The notes beneath the pieces are model-generated. The model was given only the letters and a program-made list of their open reading frames with translations. It had not been told where the DNA came from and did not search any database. 64,000 nt of DNA, from assembly GCF_009914755.1 (NCBI RefSeq), contig NC_060928.1; one strand, written 5' to 3'. Positions 57,275 through 64,000 of the stretch are shown one piece after another. Every line of letters starts with the position of its first letter. The first letter of the stretch is position 1. This DNA is from the human T2T-CHM13v2.0 reference genome, Homo sapiens. The position numbers and the translations under genes are program-made.

Positions 57275-58000
57275 TAATATCAAGAATGCAACATCTGCTT
57301 ATGACTTGCATTGTCACTACCCTGGCCCAAGCCACCATGATATCTTTTAACGCTTATCGCAATGGCCTCTCATTGTCTACTTGCTTACACCCTTGCCCAC
57401 TCTTCTGTCTATCCTCCACAGAGCAGCTAAAGTAATCCTTTTGAAAACTGTCAGCTTATGTTACACCATGACCAAAATCTCTGCCTGGTTTTCCTCATTT
57501 CTCAAAGTAAAAGTCAAGTTCTCCACCACGGCCTACAAAGCCCTCTTCAATCTGACTACTCATTAGCTCTCTGATTTCATCTCCTATTGCTCTCATGCCT
57601 TCTTCTGCTCCAGGCATACTGGTCTCCTTGCTGTTTCTGGTCCCTGTCAGTCCTGCTTGCTCCAACCTCAGAGCCTTCCCATGGGCTGTGTCCTCTTCCT
57701 GGAATGCAATACCCTATGCACCCATACATACACATTCCTTAACCTCTTTCTCGATTGTATTTTTTCCCAGAGCATTTAGCACCATTTAATACAATATGTA
57801 CCTAGGTATTTATCTGGCTGTCTGTCCTCCTCCACCACTAAAATATAGGATCTATGAAGACAGAAATCATTTTATTTCTGAATTGAAAATTATTTTACAT
57901 ATAATTAATGGCTTATAAAATCAGACCATTCAACAAATGATACTTTAAGCCTTATATAGTCACAAAATGCTACATAAATATTATAAAAAATGAATGAATC
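57275..58000 (+). mobile_element. L2a 3' portion
   Basis: CCCTGGCCCAAGCCACCAT, GGCCTACAAAGCCCT, CTTCCTGGAATGC and AATGAATGAAT end. Confidence 0.88.
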
Positions 58001-58698
58001 ATTCCTTTTGTATGTTTTTATGGTCTTATTCATGCCTCTCTTGTAATGCTCAGTGCATTCATTAAAGTAGTTGTATTCATATTTATCTTTTTGTTATAAT
58101 AAGATATCTCTGATGATAAGGACATACTTTATTCACATTTTTATAGTCAGATCCTATCATCGAACTTGATATTTTATAAGTAAGATGTATTGGAATTGGA
58201 CCCCTCTTTCATGATTTGTTTATTTCTACATTTGAGGGAGAAAATAGGCATTAAAAAGTAAATGTTAAAATCTCCCCACCACTCTGCAATATAGGAAAGC
58301 CAAATGAAGTCAAGCTTATGTTGCTATGCTGATTACACACTCCACTGAGTGAAGAAATTGTTTCTGTTCTTTCTCGCCATGTGTCCCTATGGCTGTTATT
58401 GACAACTCCCCCATCTCACTACTTCTCTGTGGTTGGGCCTTTCTGACTTGACTTTATTTCTCATATCAAAAGATAAATTTAAAAGATAAAGAAAATGACA
58501 GACACACAGATAGGAACAAGAGAGAAAAGTAGAACAGCAATGAAGTAAAGAAAGAGAGAGAAAGGGAGGGGAGTCCAGGGTAGAGCAGGGAGAAGGATAG
58601 TGTGGGTCTGGGGACATTTGCATAGACATCTACATCTACATGGTACAGCCATGATGCCGCAAGGAATCCAGGGTCAGAAATAAGGTCTAGAAGGTGAT

Positions 58699-59053
58699 TG
58701 TCTTAGCCCATTTTTGTATTGCTATAACACAATATCATAGACTAACTTATAAAGAAAATTAAATTATTTCTCACAGTTTTGGAGGCTGGGAAGTCTATTA
58801 TCAAGGTGCTGGCATCTGGAGCTTTATGTCACATTATCCCACGGCAGAAGGTGGAAGGGCAAGAGAGCAAGAGAGAGCAAGAGGTCAAGCTCAGAGCCTC
58901 AAGCCCACCCTTTTGTAATTGGTATTAACCCATTCATGAGGGTGGAGTCCTCATGATCTAACACTTCCCATTAGGGCCCACCTCTCAACATTGTTGCATT
59001 GGGAATTCAGTTTCCAACACATGCTTTTTAGGGGACACATTCAAACTATAGCA
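58699..59053 (-). mobile_element. MSTC/MSTB1-like solo LTR
   Basis: TGTCTTAGCCCATTT...GGGGACACATTCAAACTATAGCA; target duplication GTGAT/GTGGT. Confidence 0.9.
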
Positions 59054-60489
59054 GTGGTCACATTTAAACTGAGGTGCCAAGAAACCATCAGAGGGAGGAA
59101 TGCCATAGGGAAGAGGTCAAGAGAGATTAAATAACACCTTCTACATTTCACAACACCTTAAATACTGAGAGGCCTAAATTTTGGCATATGTTTCTTGAAG
59201 CTTAAGTGACTGAATGGAAATGGTTTGAATAAGATGGTCACTTTGGTGTTTTTTTTTTCTCTTTTTGGAATGTAAATTATCTGTGTTTTGAAATACGCTT
59301 TTAAATTTCTGTTTTTCTAAAAGGTAAGCTAAAGTTTAATGTTGTTTGTTTCATTGTTGCTTTGTTTGGAAAGGAGTCCAAGGGATACCAAAGCTTGTTT
59401 TAAGTAAGATTATTTTATTCACTAGTGTTATTTTTGCCTTATTTTAATGTATGAAACATTTTCACATTAAACATTTAATCAGTGACCCTAAAATAAAGGA
59501 AAACATCAACCTAAATGTCAGTAAAAAGAAATGGCAGTTTTTCGGTGAAAATTTTGCTTATAAATGTTAAATGTGAGAATGATATTCTTTGGTTTTTAAA
59601 AGTATCTCATCCTCTTTCACCTTTATTATTACTATAATCTATAACAGTTCAAAGACTTTTCAGTCATTTGAATTAGTCAAATTCAGACAAAGAAATCTTA
59701 TGAATATTGGTCATTAAAATTTCACCATTTTACCAATACTAAAGTAATTTTAGAACTAATATTATGACATTTAACAAAACATCCAGGTGTAACCTCTGGG
59801 TTCTTTATCATGTGTTCTCTTTTAGAATTATTAATTTTTTAATATTGGTTTAATAACTCTCAGGATTGTTAATTTTGTACTACAAGAAATGAATTTGGAA
59901 TGGTAGCAGAAAACCAGATTTTTAAGTCTCTTAAATTAGTAGGAATTGAAAAATTTTTAAAAAACAATCTTAATCATAAAACTCTAATAGAGGTGTGAAA
60001 AAACTAGCTTTTCTTATGTGACTATAAGCTACTTTTGAATTAGAATGTATTACAATTAATTCAAATTTTTTCATTTTTCTTATTAAAAAAAGACAATGTA
60101 TACTATTTCTTTCCTAATCCCTTCCTCTATCCCTGCTAAAATATGAAGAGCAAAAAGTGTTATGTGAATTGTGATTGAGTATTTGAAATTAATAGCTCCA
60201 TTAGTTTCCATTAGGCATCTGGAAATATTTAGAACTACAATTATTTTTCAAATATGTTGAAGATTTTTATTATAGTGATGAAGAAGCTAAAAGCATCAAA
60301 AAACCTTTAAACAGGGCTTGATTATAATAAGAGCTAACACTAAGTGTTTGTAAGTAGCAGACAATAGCCTACATATTTTGCATGTACTATCTTTTTAAAA
60401 AATCATGCTGTTTCAGGATTTGAATTCAAGGTTGTCTGATTCCAAAAGCTAAGCTTTCAACTACACTGTAGTTGAAAACAATAGTACAT

Positions 60490-60875
60490 AGTAGTATTTG
60501 TTCAAAATGTTTCCTGCTCCACCTACAGGGCCCCTTGCTATGGAGAACTATACCTTCCCACCTCATTGACTTCAGTTTGTCATGAGACTGGCTTTGGCAA
60601 ATGGACTATGAGAATTGACATGCATCATTTCCAAACAGTATTTCAAGCCATCACATGGTTCTCCACCTTCTTATTTCTCCTTTCCCTTGAGCCTAGCAGT
60701 GTCTCCAATGGGGCTGTTCCTGCGACCTAGGTCTCAGGTGATGGTGACACTGAGCCAGGCTCCTGAGAGTATGAACATGTAACATAAGTGAGAACTCATG
60801 GTTCCTCGTTATATGCCAATGAGATCTGGGGTCATTTTTGGTTACAGCACAAATGAGTCTACCCTGACTGACACC
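60490..60875 (+). mobile_element. MLT1I-like solo LTR
   Basis: CTCATTGACTTCAG...GACTGGCTTTGGCAAATGG...GTTACAGCAC...CCTGACTGACAC. Confidence 0.75.
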
Positions 60876-62367
60876 TACACTATTCTCTTGTGCCTCTATT
60901 TGCTTATTCCTCCCTCTATGTAGATAAATTTATTTGAAATGTAAATTTTTTCTTTATTGTCAATAAACTAGAACAAATCAAAATTTTCTTCACTGCAAAA
61001 CATTTTGAATACATCATAAAATCCTTGGTAAGCTCTGTAAATATACAACATAATTAAATTATGAAAGCATGAGAATTATAAAATGCCACTCTGGTTGGAT
61101 CCTGCACAAAATGCATATCAAGTAGAAGAGCAAATACTTTTCAGAGATTATTTTCCATTATCCACTGTTAATAACACCTCTCTTGGTACTGGCTAAACCA
61201 TATAAACTCTGTCTGCAAGCACATTTTAAAACAGATTCTGTTGACAGGTGCAGCTCTGAAGACTACTTCATCTTCAGTGAAATTACACTGCTCTCCCACT
61301 CACATTCCTTCTTTTAAAATGGTACTTACACCCACTGTTGCCGGATGCTTTTATTATGCAGTGATTCAGCTAGTTTTTAATCTCTTGGCCTTTTCAGTAG
61401 GATGGTAGAATCACAGGAATTAGAGATGAAAATTATCAATTGCTTTTTTCATTTACATTGTTATACTTAAAAGTCAGCAACTTCCCAACAACATAGTTGA
61501 ATAAGAAAGGATAGACCAAAATCCTCTGCCACGGATAATGAACTACCTACAGACCTGAGGGTGGGGGTGTGTTTTCTTTAGAAGAATTACCTGGTAAATA
61601 TCACTATATCTTTTATATTTTAAATTTACTCTCTTTTGGCTCAGCATGTATCCATTGACTTTATTTTGGTTAAATGTGTTGAAAAACAAGATAAACATCC
61701 ATGAATTTTTCATTTGCAACCATTTATGTGTATAAGAAGTAACTTATTGATCTCCTAATTGAACAGTCATTGCTCACTCTCTATCAGACATGTCCTGCTA
61801 TTTACCACTGTCCAGGATCTGACCCCATGTCAGACTTGAGAAACTTTGCAGACAAGGGCACTGTTTCTGTGGTTACAGAAGTCATATATAAAATGCCTGT
61901 ATACAGACTAAATGGAAAGTTCAGGCACAATGTAAATAGACCTTAAATGATCACCGCAGCCTCTTCTTTTGGGCCAGACCTAGCAAAAGCAGTTTATCAC
62001 CTCCTGTGCTATGGCGTAGGGCCCCAAAATTGATTTTTTTGGGGGATGTTTTAATAAAATTGAGACAAACAATAGTATGGCCTTGATAATACAGATAAAT
62101 TTAGAAAGTATGTACCTTTTTTATATAAGCAGATTTGGGCATTTTTCAATGGTTATTTCATGGTTAAGGATAGTAAATGTAATTCTAGGGAATTTCAGTT
62201 GAAGGAAAATTAATTACAGTTATTGAAAAGTAGGTCAAGACTTACTACTGATCACATGCCTCTTATTTTAAACGGAGTAATGCAAAGTAGCTTATAGAGA
62301 CCTACATGTGAATTTTCCCTTTATTGTGCTATTTATTTTACTTGGAGTTTTAAAATATCTATCTTGA

Positions 62368-62595
62368 CCAGTACTTTCCAATAGAACTTTCTGTAATGAT
62401 GGAAATGCTCCAGTTCTGGGCAGTCCAATATATAGCCACTAGCCACATGTGCCTAACAAATGCTTGAAATCTGGCTAGTGCAAATGTGAAAATGATTTTT
62501 AAATTTTTTATAGATCCTGTGTAGATGTAGATGTGTAGATTATATGTAGACACATCTATATGCAGCTACTGGGTACCACATTGGACCATCAGGTC
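62368..62595. mobile_element. MER3 (hAT-Charlie)
   Basis: TCCAATAGAACTTTCTGTAATGATGGAAATG...AGCCACTAGCCACATGTG. Confidence 0.88.
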
Positions 62596-63284
62596 TAGAC
62601 CACACATTACCTAAATTCTTAGAATCACAGAACTTTACTGTTGAAAGCATTTTGCAGAGTTTCCAATCTAAGCTCTCTCTTCTGTTACTCAACCATTGGA
62701 GAGGTATTTGATGTTATGTTTGGAAAGGGTCTGCTGACAACTATAGTTGCTTTCTCTACCTAATCACTGCAGGCAAGGCCAGAATCCAATACCTTCTGGG
62801 TTTCATTCTTGCTAACCACAAAACTGCATTTGTGAACCACAAAACAGCTCAAGTTTTTGTCATTATCCTGTTTAAAACCTTTTGTAGGCAAATGGTACCA
62901 TTTAATAGTGAATAATAAACATCTGTCAGAATGCTACAAATCATTTGACATAATGTTGATTGGCCTTAGAATTCACACAGGCATCAATACAAAAACTAAG
63001 TTGGGTATGAGTATGTATGATAGGGAAAAATGAAAGCAGAAAACATTACTTCCACAGAAACATTAGAAATGCTTTCTTTGGCACTTGAACCCATGACTTA
63101 TTTTTGTCCCTTCAGTCCTGAGCACAGCGAATTCTCATTGGTAGATGATCGATAAATGTGATACGAACTTACAGAACTTAAGTGATTGCATTAAGAAAGC
63201 TGAATGGTATCTTAATGACTGGCATCTTGCCCACAAGAGATTGGTCAGTGAGCTTATTATTTCACTGGTTTTTGTCTCTGATTT

Positions 63285-63415
63285 TTAGGTGGGATCACCT
63301 GGCTAACTTAAAAATATCCAGGTCCAACTATAGGAGGAGTGGGGGCCAAGTCACCCGTAGCTTTTAAAAGCTTCCCAGGTGATCCTAACAAGCAGTAGAG
63401 TTGAGAAACACTGAT
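63285..63415. mobile_element. MER5A
   Basis: AAGCTTCCCAGGTGATCCTAA...GTTGAGAAACACTG. Confidence 0.75.
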
Positions 63416-63809
63416 TTATTTAGTAAATTATGGTAAAGTTCAGATGTAATTCAGAGTCAAGATTAGGCTTGACTCTAATCAATTTAAAACCTTAGAATAT
63501 ATCAAACAAGAGTAGCTGAACTAATGAAAACACATTACTAAAAACAGAAAGATAAAACAGTCAAGCAAAAGGCAAAGATAAAATTAGTCAATTCTATTCT
63601 CCACGGGTCTTCACGTGTCTATAGACATGCATGAGAGACTGAGAAACCCCATGTGACAGAATCCAGTTTTAATGACATGGATTATAATAAATCCTGAGAG
63701 AGAAATCACTTTTCTGAACGAAACAAGGAGTTTAGTCCAAAGAACTGGATTTCACAATGGAACTTTGGCAGAAGGGAAGGAAAGGTGTGTACATATATGT
63801 AGTTGATAT

Positions 63810-63960
63810 TTGAATAATAATGAAACTTATCAATAATTGTTGCCATTTCTATAATGTCTACAACGAGGCACGCACTATTCCAAGTTCTGTGAAGCTATTT
63901 TCATTCTCATTCCATAGAGAACTTCTGAGTTGTTTTAGTGTCAGGATAGAAAAAGATTGA
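63810..63960 (-). mobile_element. MIR
   Basis: AATAATTGTTGCCATTT...AGGCACGCACTATTCCAAG...TCATTCTC. Confidence 0.5.
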
Positions 63961-64000
63961 TCTAGACAGGCGTGAGAATCAGCAGGAATCTGTACCATGA

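Noticed and set aside
62527-62560. Hairpin TAGATGTGT…ACACATCTA as a terminator or miRNA
   Set aside because: A short 9-bp stem in low-complexity sequence within MER3.

Overview
AT-rich primate (human-like) genomic DNA, intergenic or deep intronic, dominated by interspersed repeats. No host protein-coding exon, rRNA, tRNA or CRISPR array can be supported. The informative ORFs in the track are decayed retroelement frames (HERV-L pol/dUTPase, L1 ORF2) or Alu/LTR read-through. Main contents: a 5'-truncated HERV-L provirus (about 0.1-4.0 kb, minus strand), two older ERV-L pol remnants, a full-length but inactivated L1PA6-like LINE (24.6-30.8 kb, minus), two 5'-inverted L1s, about ten Alus or Alu fragments, MaLR/ERV solo LTRs, Tigger and hAT DNA-transposon fossils, L2/MIR remnants, a Y3 RNA retropseudogene and several microsatellites. 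I found no evidence for a new biological system. The observations most worth checking are rearrangement scars (fold-back and templated insertions, inversions, an orphan internal L1 piece), a disrupted L1 ORF0, a 36-bp perfect palindrome and a solo MLT2A LTR with DUX4-like motifs. Repeat subfamily names come from recalled consensus sequences and need RepeatMasker/Dfam confirmation. Boundaries of old repeats are approximate.
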